NCBI GenBank assembly: GCA_964586425.1 | Contig: CAZPHI010000004.1 | Span: forward strand, 6,956 to 70,955 | Direction: 5' to 3' | Source: an uncultured Lachnospiraceae bacterium | GTDB lineage: Bacteria > Bacillota > Clostridia > Lachnospirales > Lachnospiraceae | Length of the DNA stretch: 64,000 nucleotides | Part shown: piece by piece, positions 17,823-28,121 of the stretch | Layout of the letters: each line of letters starts with the position of its first letter | How positions within the stretch are numbered: position 1 is the first letter of the stretch | Notes under the pieces: generated by a model | Databases searched by the model: none | Told to the model about the DNA's origin: nothing | Seen by the model: the letters and a program-made list of their open reading frames with translations, nothing else | Made by a program: the position numbers and the translations under genes

Positions 17823-18869
17823 ATGGAAAAAATAAAAAAAGCTCTGAATCATGTATTTATCGATGGTCTTGGAGGCATGGCATTAGGTCTGTTTTCAACA
17901 CTTATTATTGGTACAATTATCGCTCAGATAGGCTCCTTTGTCGGTGGCGATATTGGTACATATCTTACAGCAATTGCTAATGTTGCTAAAACCCTTACAG
18001 GTGCTGGTATTGGTGTAGGTGTAGCGGTTAAATTCAAATCATCACCTCTTGTTACGATATCAGCGGCTGTAGCAGGTATGATTGGTGCATTCCCAACAGT
18101 TACGGGAATGACAGCATTTACCCTGGGAAAACCAGGTGAGCCATTAGGTGCATTCGTTGCAGCGCTTGTTGCAATTGAACTTGGTAATCTTGTAGCTGGT
18201 AAAACAAAGGTTGATATTATTGTTACACCATTCGTTGCTATTTGTTCAGGTGCAGCAGTGGGATTCGTAGTTGGTCCTCCTATCACAGCATTTATGGGAT
18301 GGCTTGGAGCACTTGTTAATGTTAATGTTGAACAGCATCCAATTATTGGAGGAATGATTATCTCAGTTCTTATGGGAATTATTCTTACACTTCCAATCAG
18401 TTCGGCCGCAATTGGCGTATCAATGGGAATTACAGGACTTGCAGCTGGTTCAGCAACAATCGGATGTTGCTGTCAGATGGTTGGATTTGCAGTCGCAAGT
18501 TACAGAGAGAACAAGATGGGCGGACTTATTGCCCAGGGACTTGGAACATCAATGCTTCAGATTCCTAATATAGTTAAAAAGCCTATAATCTGGCTGCCGG
18601 CGATAATATCGAGTGCAATACTTGGCCCAATATCGAGTGCAGTTCTTAAGATGACAAGTACACCAACAGGTTCTGGTATGGGCTCAGCAGGATTCGTCGG
18701 TCAGATAATGACATGGCAGTCCATGGCAGCAACAACATCAGAGGTGCAGCTTATAATTGAAATTGTGATTATGCAGTTTGTACTACCTGCAGTTATAACT
18801 TTAGCAGTTTCAGAATTCATGCGTAAAATGAAATGGATAAAAGAAGGAGACATGCTTCTTCGTCTGTAA
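17823..18869 (+). CDS. Polytopic membrane protein, PTS EIIC-like (PTS_EIIC_2-type) permease; orphan with no IIA/IIB neighbour
   Basis: 348 aa, Gly/Ala-rich with about 10 predicted helices. The N-terminus MEKIKKALNHVFIDGLGGMALGLFSTLIIGTIIAQIG is, from memory, typical of the short EIIC family. Confidence 0.7.
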   Translation: MEKIKKALNHVFIDGLGGMALGLFSTLIIGTIIAQIGSFVGGDIGTYLTAIANVAKTLTGAGIGVGVAVKFKSSPLVTISAAVAGMIGAFPTVTGMTAFTLGKPGEPLGAFVAALVAIELGNLVAGKTKVDIIVTPFVAICSGAAVGFVVGPPITAFMGWLGALVNVNVEQHPIIGGMIISVLMGIILTLPISSAAIGVSMGITGLAAGSATIGCCCQMVGFAVASYRENKMGGLIAQGLGTSMLQIPNIVKKPIIWLPAIISSAILGPISSAVLKMTSTPTGSGMGSAGFVGQIMTWQSMAATTSEVQLIIEIVIMQFVLPAVITLAVSEFMRKMKWIKEGDMLLRL

Positions 18870-18955
18870 TACGTTCGAAAGTACTATTGAAAAAAAGTAT
18901 TTATACTGTTACCCTATTAGTTGCAGTGGGAAAATGCTTCTAATGGGGGAAGGCT

Positions 18956-19618
18956 ATGTGGAAATTAATAAGAGTTGCGTTGTTTTTACTACCAACAATA
19001 ATTGGTGGATATCTTGTATATTATGGTATTACAGGTATAAGAGAAATCAGTAAGGCACAGCCGATGGAATTGCTGGCTGAAAGTGATACAGCCAATTATG
19101 AGTATGTAAAGGGATATACGAATGAATGTACAATGAAAATCTGTGATTTGACGCATCAGATTTCAGGCTTTATAACACTTGAAAGAACAAGACTTTATTT
19201 TGCAAGAATTGGTGACAGCATGGTATATACTGTGATTGAGTGTGATAAAGAATTGGGTGATAAGCTAGAGAAGCTTATTAATGGAGAGCTTCAAAGTGTA
19301 CAGATAGAAGGCAGATTAAAAGCACTTAATGATAACTGGAGAGTGGAGATTCAGGATATTGAACTATCAATATTAGATAGTTGTGATGAAAGCTATATTG
19401 CTAAACCGGAATTCACGGAATACTACATAGATACTATGGTAAGAGATAGATTCACGGCAACAATTGTTGCAGGTGTACTGTTAATAATATCAAATATACT
19501 TTTGCTGGCAACTCTTGTATTAGATAAAAGAATATTCAAAGTATCAGTGGTTGTATTAGCAGTTATTATGGCGATAATAAGCATTGTTTTGCTCGCAGTT
19601 AATATTGAGATTAGATAG
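18956..19618 (+). CDS. Hypothetical membrane protein
   Basis: One N-terminal and two C-terminal hydrophobic helices. SD GGGGGAAGG. Confidence 0.6.
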   Translation: MWKLIRVALFLLPTIIGGYLVYYGITGIREISKAQPMELLAESDTANYEYVKGYTNECTMKICDLTHQISGFITLERTRLYFARIGDSMVYTVIECDKELGDKLEKLINGELQSVQIEGRLKALNDNWRVEIQDIELSILDSCDESYIAKPEFTEYYIDTMVRDRFTATIVAGVLLIISNILLLATLVLDKRIFKVSVVVLAVIMAIISIVLLAVNIEIR

Positions 19619-19629
19619 CATAAGAATAA

Positions 19630-19668
19630 AAAGGCAGAAAGGATTATAATTAAGTCCTTTCTGCCTTT
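19630..19668. terminator. Bidirectional rho-independent terminator
   Basis: AAAGGCAGAAAGGA / TCCTTTCTGCCTTT perfect 14-bp stem, A-run upstream and T-rich downstream, between convergent genes. Confidence 0.75.
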
Positions 19669-19693
19669 GTTAGTGATAAATTAAGTTAGATTA

Positions 19694-21493
19694 TCAGTTA
19701 GCTAACTGACTGCTAATCCATATATCCAATCTGTTTTCAATTATGCTAAATGGTGCTGCTCCAATATCCATTAGGAATTGATGAAAATCTTTGATGTTGA
19801 ATTTGCTGCCAAGAGCATCCTGAGCCTTAGCTTTTAATTCGTATATAGCAAGGCATCCGATGGCGTATTTTGAATAATTGCCTGGTTCAGAAATCATTGC
19901 AGTATAGAAGCTTGTTGCAACTTCATCATCACTAATTCCATAATTGACTAAGAACTTCTTCACGTCATCTATATTCCATCCGTAATAATTAACTCCTAAA
20001 TCAACTTTAGAATACATATATAATATTGCAAGATAATTATCAGACATTACTTTGCCAAGATTAGAATTATTAAGTTCAGCAAGTGAGTATGAATATGCTT
20101 CGCAATAGCTGGCCCATCCTTCAAGGAATCCACCAGATCTTATTAAGGTACGTATTGGCGCATTATTGGCATTATTGAAATAAGTGGTTTGATACATATG
20201 TCCAGGATAACCTTCATGTGCAAGTGTTGAATAAAGTTGGCTTACATCAGGATTACCTGCATTAATATATATTGAATTATTTTTGTAATCATCTAACTGA
20301 GGTAAGAAAAACATAGCAGGGCTGGCATATTCCTCAAGTGATTTATCCACATATTTTATTGTGTAATTGACATCTGGAATTGCAGGAAAATCAGCTTTTA
20401 TTTTTTCTTTTAAGTCAGAAAGTATCTGTTGTGGGTCTGTTAATGAGAATGAAAATGTGTCTACATCATTAATAACAGATGAATCTGCAGAGATTACTAT
20501 GCTCATATCAACCATAGCAGCCTTAAGGTGCTTATCAAGCAGACTGTTATATTCATCAACGGATTTGCCCCATCCTAGTTCTGATTCAAGCAGATATTCA
20601 AAATACTTTTTTCCATTGGCATAATTACATAGCCCTCCACCTGTCTTATTACTGCCCTTTAGTGCAGTCAATCCTGATATCAAAAGCTTATATGCTGGAA
20701 TTATGTGCTCGTTAATTGCAGCTTCATTGGCAGCTTTGTATTCTTCGCGTTTTGCTTCAGAGATGGAAGTGACATTACTAAGTCGTTCATTAAATGTTGA
20801 TATTAGATAATTATCTTCAGCAAGTTTTTCAATGAATATATTGCACTGGTCAATGACTTTATCTGCAATATCATCAGACATAAATAATCCGTTATCGGCT
20901 CTAAGCTTCTCGAAATCAAGCATACTCTGATAGTAAGAATCGGTTTCCTTCAATAGTGTTATATATTCAGTAACATCAGTCTCGCTTTCGAATGCATACT
21001 CTGCATATACAATAGGTAATTCTACCTGCATACCAATTGTTGGTGTAAGAGCTGTATTAAAAAGATACAAATCTGAATATTCTAGGCAAGTATTAAAATA
21101 ATTAAGAAGTATATCATAAGTAAGCTGTTGTTTTGAAGTAAGCGTATTACGATCAAATGACTTTAGTTTGGTAAGTTCTTCAACAACATCACTGGTATCA
21201 TCTAGCTCATCAAGGTCCAAATCTCCAAGAGTAACATCATAATCTGTTATTCCAAAGTTGGCTGGATCTTTGACAAAACTGTGAAGCGTAATTGTGTTAA
21301 CCGAGACAAGATGCTTGAATAGCTCATCTGTATAGTCGTTAAATGCTGTTAATTCAGAGTCAGAAGACGGACCCTGTGTCTGAATCTCAAATGTTGAATT
21401 GTTGGCATTGTCACTGTTCTTACCACATGAGAATAGTGATAATGATATTGAAAGCACAAGAAGCAGTGCCACAAGCCGGCGTTTTAGTTGCAT
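19694..21493 (-). CDS. DUF885-family lipoprotein (putative metallopeptidase-like)
   Basis: Lipobox LSLFSCGK after the signal peptide MQLKRRLVALLLVL. HEGYPGHMYQ motif. Start set at the ATG at 21493 after GGGAGG. Confidence 0.85.
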   Translation of the reverse strand: MQLKRRLVALLLVLSISLSLFSCGKNSDNANNSTFEIQTQGPSSDSELTAFNDYTDELFKHLVSVNTITLHSFVKDPANFGITDYDVTLGDLDLDELDDTSDVVEELTKLKSFDRNTLTSKQQLTYDILLNYFNTCLEYSDLYLFNTALTPTIGMQVELPIVYAEYAFESETDVTEYITLLKETDSYYQSMLDFEKLRADNGLFMSDDIADKVIDQCNIFIEKLAEDNYLISTFNERLSNVTSISEAKREEYKAANEAAINEHIIPAYKLLISGLTALKGSNKTGGGLCNYANGKKYFEYLLESELGWGKSVDEYNSLLDKHLKAAMVDMSIVISADSSVINDVDTFSFSLTDPQQILSDLKEKIKADFPAIPDVNYTIKYVDKSLEEYASPAMFFLPQLDDYKNNSIYINAGNPDVSQLYSTLAHEGYPGHMYQTTYFNNANNAPIRTLIRSGGFLEGWASYCEAYSYSLAELNNSNLGKVMSDNYLAILYMYSKVDLGVNYYGWNIDDVKKFLVNYGISDDEVATSFYTAMISEPGNYSKYAIGCLAIYELKAKAQDALGSKFNIKDFHQFLMDIGAAPFSIIENRLDIWISSQLAN

Positions 21494-21560
21494 AGATAAA
21501 AACCTCCCTATATTAATTAATAGCATTACTATAGCATAAAAATACATATATTGTAAAACT

Positions 21561-21596
21561 ATTATTGTTATAAGAAAATTATGACAATAATATAAT
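21561..21596. promoter_or_regulatory. Inverted repeat abutting a perfect TATAAT in the divergent promoter region
   Basis: ATTATTGT (21561-21568) and ACAATAAT (21584-21591), with TATAAT at 21591-21596. Confidence 0.25.
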
Positions 21597-21675
21597 GTTT
21601 TTTAATATATATGTATTGATTATATAACAAATATATGTTATGGTATAGATACCAAAACAACACAACGTTATAGAG

Positions 21676-24069
21676 ATGAATAAAAAAACAAGAATAGGCA
21701 TAATTTTCGGAGGCGCAATAGTACTGACAATTCTATATATTATTGCAGGATATGCAATGGCATCAGAGTGGCCGGAATTGTATTTTGACGAAGATGGAAG
21801 GGTATCTTTTGAGAATACGGATAATGCAGCAGTTAATATTGCTTATAAGACAATTGGCTGGACAATTAAGAGGTATAATCTGCCAATTGATGATGAGAGG
21901 AATCAGACTATAGTATGTCGTATTGATGAAGAAGAATATATGGATGAGGACGGATTAAAGCATTCTATATATTATGTTGATAAGAATACAATAATTAATA
22001 TAATATCTGAGCAGTGGGAAGAATGGGCAAATCAGCTTAATTCATATGGTGGAGCTGTATATATGGATAGTATTGACACCATTCGTGAATATGGAGAATA
22101 TCTTGGCGGATTGGATGAGAATAATAATTCCTGGGGAGAGGTTTATTATGATTACGAAGGAATAAGTAATGCCAGGTGGTGGAGAAGACCAGAGGATCTT
22201 AAGCAATATTTTAACAGGAAACTGATAATTACTCCTAATGATCAGACATATGAGGAACCATATGGCGAGGATTATGAGAAACAGTTGGTACTATCATATA
22301 ATTATGATAATGATAATGATTGTATCAGGGTTGATAATAAGGCATCATTAATCAGCAGCGAATTTGATGTAAGAGTTGCAATACCAGGGAATGCAAAAGT
22401 GGATTTGATTAATGAACTTGATACAACTGCATATACATTATCACTATGCAGACATTATGGGTACAGATATTATCCGGTAAAGGTACATATTAACAGAGAC
22501 CTTGTATGGTATGAAGATTTTAACGAGTGCAGACAGTCAATAGAATACACTAGGGTATACTATGTTAGACGTGATTATGAATACTACACATATGTGGATT
22601 CCAAATTGTATGGATTAAGGCGCTTTTCGGCAGAAAGTGATGCCTTTGGGTTCGTAAGCGAATATACGGAACAATGGCCTATGCTTAATGTGGATTCCAA
22701 AGCGTATATTAGAGATTTGGAATATAATATTGATATGTATATAAGAGCAGAGGATATTATTAGTGATTCGGGAGTATGCCCAACAGTATATGAAGAAGAT
22801 TATTACGAGTTAGCATCGAATTCGATGGGGCAGGTAGAGACCGGAAGTGATGATATTACAATTAATAACAAGAAGATATTAGATGCATCTGGGAATATAA
22901 GCTCATATGAAGAGAATAAAACCAAGCTTTTGCGAAGCGGAATTAATCTTAGAAAAACAGCTCCAGATGGATTATATAGTGTGTATGGAGAATGTATATA
23001 TGTGTTATATGATACGAATGAAATTATTCATATGCCAGTTAGTATGAATAAGATTAATATATTCACACCGATTAGTAATGATTTGTTATTAGGAGATCTA
23101 TATCAGTACAATCAGCTGGAGAATCCATATAATAATCTTGCTTCTGCCATATTGGGAAAGGGAATGGAAATAATCTGCAGAAAAGGCGTTGCAGTGGGTA
23201 ATTACAAGTATAAAGGATATAATCAGCGAGTAGAGGAGTCACTAATTCAAGAGAGAAAACTAATGTTTGAATGTGATGTTATTCTTGATAATAAGCGCGT
23301 GGCAGCAGGTACATGGATTGATTTTATTAATATTAGGGAAGTAATGATTCCATGTGATATTAAAGAAGGCAATTATGATGTATTCTCTTATACTAAGACC
23401 TTCAATGGAAAGATGGCATCAGATATCCAGAGATTTAATGTATCCGGACAGATACTGGGATATAACGTATCTATTGAAGGGAAGAATACATATACGTGGG
23501 AACTTCCATGGCAGAATAGTGATAATCTAAAGACGGTAATTAATCCAGAATTTGATTATAGCGTTGTTTTTGTTGGAGATAAAGATAATGCACGAATATG
23601 CCCCGTTATTTCGATTAGATATGAAGATATGAGTGGCAATGTAGTACCTGTAGGACTTTATGAAAGAAGCGGAACAGGTGAAAATTATTCGTATATTCCA
23701 TATAACTACAAGAATAATAATGAGAAAGATATGAAGTTGATAGAGAATGTGGCTCCAGGAATAAGCGTATGGAAAGGCAGATTCATACTTCCAGATAACA
23801 TATATGTGTTAAAAGAAGATACACAGTTAGACGATAGTATACATGTAACAGAAGGGAAGCTTATTGTTAATATGGATATATATGTGTATTATGGAGAGAA
23901 TTTGTATATGACATACAGCAATAGGAATAATTGTCAGTATGGCTTCTGTAATATGTGGAACACAGAGAATTATGATAATAGCAGATTCATAGATGGAGAT
24001 GTGTTTGTATATGATTTATCATATAAAAAAACAGAGGAGCAGTTACATAGGATATATGGAACACATTAA
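21676..24069 (+). CDS. Large N-terminally membrane-anchored protein of unknown function
   Basis: 797 aa. One N-terminal hydrophobic helix (IGIIFGGAIVLTILYIIAGYAMA), then a Y/N/D/E-rich sequence with no recognised motif. Confidence 0.7.
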   Translation: MNKKTRIGIIFGGAIVLTILYIIAGYAMASEWPELYFDEDGRVSFENTDNAAVNIAYKTIGWTIKRYNLPIDDERNQTIVCRIDEEEYMDEDGLKHSIYYVDKNTIINIISEQWEEWANQLNSYGGAVYMDSIDTIREYGEYLGGLDENNNSWGEVYYDYEGISNARWWRRPEDLKQYFNRKLIITPNDQTYEEPYGEDYEKQLVLSYNYDNDNDCIRVDNKASLISSEFDVRVAIPGNAKVDLINELDTTAYTLSLCRHYGYRYYPVKVHINRDLVWYEDFNECRQSIEYTRVYYVRRDYEYYTYVDSKLYGLRRFSAESDAFGFVSEYTEQWPMLNVDSKAYIRDLEYNIDMYIRAEDIISDSGVCPTVYEEDYYELASNSMGQVETGSDDITINNKKILDASGNISSYEENKTKLLRSGINLRKTAPDGLYSVYGECIYVLYDTNEIIHMPVSMNKINIFTPISNDLLLGDLYQYNQLENPYNNLASAILGKGMEIICRKGVAVGNYKYKGYNQRVEESLIQERKLMFECDVILDNKRVAAGTWIDFINIREVMIPCDIKEGNYDVFSYTKTFNGKMASDIQRFNVSGQILGYNVSIEGKNTYTWELPWQNSDNLKTVINPEFDYSVVFVGDKDNARICPVISIRYEDMSGNVVPVGLYERSGTGENYSYIPYNYKNNNEKDMKLIENVAPGISVWKGRFILPDNIYVLKEDTQLDDSIHVTEGKLIVNMDIYVYYGENLYMTYSNRNNCQYGFCNMWNTENYDNSRFIDGDVFVYDLSYKKTEEQLHRIYGTH

Positions 24070-24147
24070 TCTATACAAAGATAATTATATGATGTAAGAT
24101 ATATCAAAGATTAGAAGATAGATATTGTTTATAGGAGATATGGATTT

Positions 24148-25344
24148 ATGTTGATTAGTATTGCGTATATGTTGTTATTGGGGATGTTAAGTGGATGGAT
24201 ATGTAAGAAGCTTCACTTGCCATCTCTTATAGGAATGATATTAACCGGAGTTGTGTTGGGACCATATGTCTGCAATCTTATTGACCCTTCTATATTGTCA
24301 ATATCATCACAATTAAGAAAGATCGCTTTAATTATAATACTTACAAGAGCTGGTTTATCACTGGATATTAATGATTTAAAAAAAGTTGGACGGCCGGCAA
24401 TTCTTATGTGTTTTGTTCCAGCATGCTTTGAAATAGTTGGGATGGTTATATTAGCACCATTGTTACTTGGAATTAACACATTAGATGCAGCAATAATGGG
24501 AGCTGTAGTGGCAGCAGTATCTCCAGCGGTTGTTGTTCCTAAGATGATTAAGCTTATGGAGGAAGGCTATGGAACAAAGCAGGGAATACCGCAGCTTATA
24601 CTTGCAGGTGCTTCTGTAGATGATGTTTTTGTAATAGTAATGTTCACAGCATTTACAGGACTCGCGCAAGGTGAGAATATATCGGTAATGAGTTTCGTTA
24701 ATATACCAATTTCCATTATTATTGGTATAATTGTTGGAATAATAACGGGGATATGTTTGGCAGTATTTTTTCAAAAGGTACATATAAGAGATACTTCAAA
24801 AGTAATAATTGTATTATGTATATCTTTTATTTTAGTAACATTGGAAGATTCTCTGGCTGGAATTATTCCATTTGCATCACTGATTGCGGTAATGTGTCTA
24901 GGCATTGCATTACAAAAGAAGAGAAAAGTTGTAGCTGAAAGATTATCACTTAAGTTCAATAAGCTATGGGTAGCTGCAGAATTATTACTATTTGTTCTTG
25001 TGGGTTCAACAGTAGACATTAATTATATATGGATTGCTGGTATATGGACAGTAGTATTAATATTGGGCGTGTTAGTATTCCGCGTTATTGGGGTATTGGT
25101 ATGTTTAATCAAAACACCACTTAATGTGAAGGAACGCTTCTTCTGCATGATGGCATATACACCTAAAGCTACTGTACAGGCTGCAATTGGAGGAGTTCCT
25201 CTAGCACTTGGATTAACATGTGGTAATATTGTACTTACAGTAGCGGTAATGGCAATTGTTATTACGGCACCACTTGGAGCTATAATGATTGATGCATCTT
25301 ATAAGAAACTTCTGCAAAAAGAAGACTCAAAGACAATAAATTAA
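24148..25344 (+). CDS. Cation:proton antiporter (Na+/H+ exchanger family)
   Basis: 398 aa with about 11-12 hydrophobic helices. Sequence character matches CPA-type exchangers. Confidence 0.85.
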   Translation: MLISIAYMLLLGMLSGWICKKLHLPSLIGMILTGVVLGPYVCNLIDPSILSISSQLRKIALIIILTRAGLSLDINDLKKVGRPAILMCFVPACFEIVGMVILAPLLLGINTLDAAIMGAVVAAVSPAVVVPKMIKLMEEGYGTKQGIPQLILAGASVDDVFVIVMFTAFTGLAQGENISVMSFVNIPISIIIGIIVGIITGICLAVFFQKVHIRDTSKVIIVLCISFILVTLEDSLAGIIPFASLIAVMCLGIALQKKRKVVAERLSLKFNKLWVAAELLLFVLVGSTVDINYIWIAGIWTVVLILGVLVFRVIGVLVCLIKTPLNVKERFFCMMAYTPKATVQAAIGGVPLALGLTCGNIVLTVAVMAIVITAPLGAIMIDASYKKLLQKEDSKTIN

Positions 25345-25455
25345 GAAATAACCCTGTAAAATGGCGAATTTAGAATGTGCTGTAATATTGTAATTGCAAT
25401 CTATTAGAGATATAATTTATACATATGTTATTTTTTATATGAATTGGAGGACATT

Positions 25456-25626
25456 ATGGATCAGGAATTATTAGATAAATTAGAAGATATGGATGCTGAA
25501 GTAGAAGATACACTTGAAAGACTTATGGGTGACGAGGAGATGTATCTTGAATATGTAAGAAAGTTTCCAGAGAATGAGAATATTATCAAACTTAGAGAAG
25601 CAGTAGATGCAGGAGATTGCAATTAA
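25456..25626 (+). CDS. Short ORF resembling only the N-terminal part of an Hpt-domain protein (possible remnant)
   Basis: MDQELLDKLEDMDAEVEDTLERLMGDEEMYLEYVRKFPENENIIKLREAVDAGD stops before where the phospho-accepting His helix (H.LKG) would be expected. GGAGG SD before the ATG at 25456. Confidence 0.4.
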   Translation: MDQELLDKLEDMDAEVEDTLERLMGDEEMYLEYVRKFPENENIIKLREAVDAGDCN

Positions 25627-25744
25627 GCAATTCAGTTAGGCAAAATTATTAGGTTATTAGCAAACAGGTTGAATTAGAAGGTTGACAATCAACTTTTCTT
25701 ATGCTAGGCTTAAATAACTTGTAACAGACTAATTATATAATATA

Positions 25745-25990
25745 ACACGATGAAGGAAAGAGTAGCTGTGGGAAGGTATCAAAGAGAATCCGGTAAGGTG
25801 AGAGCGGATATACGAATAACTCAGTGAACATGGCTCTGGAGTGGCGCACCGAACAGGAAGCTGCAAGGCTGCGACAGGTTCCGCCTGATATAGCGGTAAG
25901 AGGCTTTTAGATATAATATCTGGAAGTGAAGAGAAGTGGTACAGCGATAATACGCCTTCTCGGGTAATATGCCCGAGAGGGCTTTTTTAA
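25745..25990 (+). promoter_or_regulatory. T-box leader (Met specifier) controlling metG
   Basis: Stem I elements GATGAAGGAAAGAGTAG, AGAGA and GGTGAGAG. Candidate specifier AUG at 25830-25832 (GTGAACATGG). T-box sequence AAGTGGTACAGCG at 25934-25946. Terminator GCCTTCTCGGG/CCCGAGAGGGC plus T6 (25954-25988). Confidence 0.9.
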
Positions 25991-26030
25991 TCTTCAAAAT
26001 GAAAATTTGTAGAAAAAGGAGATATTAACG

Positions 26031-28025
26031 ATGGAAAAGAAACCTTATTACATTACAACAGCTATTGCTTATACATCAGGCAAACCTCATATTGGTAATA
26101 CTTACGAGATCGTACTTGCAGATAGTATTGCAAGATATAAAAGATTAGAGGGATATGATGTAAGATTTCAAACAGGAACAGATGAGCATGGTCAGAAAAT
26201 CGAATTAAAAGCCGAGGAGGCAGGAATTACACCAAAGGAATTTGTAGATAATGTATCCGGAGAGATTAAGAGAATATGGGACCTTATGAACACTTCTTAT
26301 GATAAATTCATTAGAACAACAGATACAGATCATGAAAAACAGGTTCAGAAGATATTCAAGAAATTATATGATAAAGGTGATATCTACAAAGGATTCTATG
26401 AAGGAATGTATTGTACACCTTGTGAGTCATTCTTTACTTCATCACAGCTTGTAGATGGAAAATGTCCTGACTGTGGCAGAGAAGTTCAGCCAGCTAAGGA
26501 AGAAGCATATTTCCTCAAATTAAGTAATTATACAGATAGACTTATTAAGCATATCGAGGAACATCCGGAATTCATTCAGCCTGAATCAAGAAAGAATGAG
26601 ATGATGAATAACTTCATTAAAGCAGGACTTCAGGACTTATGTGTATCAAGGACATCTTTCAAATGGGGCATCCCTGTTTCTTTTGATGACAAACATGTTA
26701 TATATGTATGGATTGATGCACTTTCAAACTATATCACAGGTTTAGGTTATGATTTAGATGGAAATAACGCAGTAGAGTTCAATAAATACTGGCCAGCAGA
26801 TCTTCACCTTATTGGAAAGGACATATTAAGATTCCATACAATATATTGGCCAATTATGCTTATGGCACTTGACCTTCCACTTCCAAAACAGATATTTGGA
26901 CATCCATGGTTACTTCAGGGTGATGGTAAGATGAGTAAGTCAAAGGGTAATGTGTTATATGCTGATGACCTTGTTGATATGTTTGGTGTAGATGCTGTTA
27001 GATACTTTGTTCTTCATGAGATGCCATTCGATAATGATGGTGTTATAACATGGGAATTAATGGTAGAGAGACTTAATTCAGATCTTGCGAATACATTAGG
27101 AAACCTTGTTAATAGAACAGTTGCAATGAGCAACAAATACTTTGATGGCATGGTTAATCATACAGGTGTTAAGCAGTCTGCAGAAGTTAGTGCAGATGGA
27201 AGCGATGAAGATTATGATGCAGACTTAATTAAAGTAGTTACAGAGACAAAAGCCAAGGTCGCTGCAAAGATGAAGGATTTGAGAGTTGCCGATGCTATGA
27301 CAGAAATCTTCACACTATTTAAGAGATGTAACAAATACATTGATGAAACAATGCCATGGGCACTTGCCAAGGAAGATAGTAAGAAGGATAGACTTGCAGA
27401 AGTATTATACAATCTGGTAGAAAGTATAACTATTGGTGCAAATCTTCTTGTTCCATATATGCCTGAAACAGCAGAAGGAATATTTGGACAGTTATATCCA
27501 GATAATGCAAAAGCTGGAGTAAGAGAATACGAGGATCTCGACAAATTTGGACTTAGAGCTAATGGAATTAAAGTGATTGAAAAGCCAGAGATATTATTCG
27601 CTAGATTAGATCTTGAAGAGGTACTTAAGAAAGCCGAAGAAATTAAGGCGGCACAGGCAGGTCCTGCAGAAGTTACTTATCCGGTTGTTGAGAAAAAACC
27701 AGAGATAACAATTGATGATTTTGATAAAGTTCAGATTCAGGTTGGCGAAGTATTAGAGTGTGAACCAGTTAAGAAAGCAAAGAAACTCCTCGTGTCACAG
27801 ATTCGTGTGGGTGATGAAGTTCGCCAGATAGTATCAGGTATTTCTGCTTATTACAAACCAGAAGAGATGGTTGGTAAAAAAGTAGCAGTTATAACTAATC
27901 TTAAACCAGTAAAACTTTGTGGAATTGAATCACAGGGTATGATTCTTGCAGCAGGTGATGATGATGGTAATCTTTCAGTACTTACAGTAGATAAGGATAT
28001 AGTAGCAGGATCAGAAATCAGATAA
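26031..28025 (+). CDS. metG: Methionine--tRNA ligase with a C-terminal tRNA-binding (EMAP/Trbp111-like) domain
   Basis: HIGN (TSGKPHIGNTYE), KMSKS (GKMSKSKGN), Zn knuckles CTPCE...CPDCG. The C-terminus IQVGEVLECEPVKKAKKLLVSQI is typical. Confidence 0.97.
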   Translation: MEKKPYYITTAIAYTSGKPHIGNTYEIVLADSIARYKRLEGYDVRFQTGTDEHGQKIELKAEEAGITPKEFVDNVSGEIKRIWDLMNTSYDKFIRTTDTDHEKQVQKIFKKLYDKGDIYKGFYEGMYCTPCESFFTSSQLVDGKCPDCGREVQPAKEEAYFLKLSNYTDRLIKHIEEHPEFIQPESRKNEMMNNFIKAGLQDLCVSRTSFKWGIPVSFDDKHVIYVWIDALSNYITGLGYDLDGNNAVEFNKYWPADLHLIGKDILRFHTIYWPIMLMALDLPLPKQIFGHPWLLQGDGKMSKSKGNVLYADDLVDMFGVDAVRYFVLHEMPFDNDGVITWELMVERLNSDLANTLGNLVNRTVAMSNKYFDGMVNHTGVKQSAEVSADGSDEDYDADLIKVVTETKAKVAAKMKDLRVADAMTEIFTLFKRCNKYIDETMPWALAKEDSKKDRLAEVLYNLVESITIGANLLVPYMPETAEGIFGQLYPDNAKAGVREYEDLDKFGLRANGIKVIEKPEILFARLDLEEVLKKAEEIKAAQAGPAEVTYPVVEKKPEITIDDFDKVQIQVGEVLECEPVKKAKKLLVSQIRVGDEVRQIVSGISAYYKPEEMVGKKVAVITNLKPVKLCGIESQGMILAAGDDDGNLSVLTVDKDIVAGSEIR

Positions 28026-28121
28026 TATAATAAAGCTTACAAATCAGCCAATTCAGTATCGATGTGTATTCACACAAAACTGCATTGGCTGAATTAGCAA
28101 TTAATAGTAGGAGAAAAAATT

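Noticed and set aside
28041-28096. Stem (AAATCAGCCAAT / ATTGGCTGAATT) after metG, considered as a terminator
   Set aside because: It has a 31-nt loop and no downstream U-tract, and the TatD-family hydrolase gene follows 26 nt later (ATG at 28122). It is more likely read-through, so it is not reported as a terminator.
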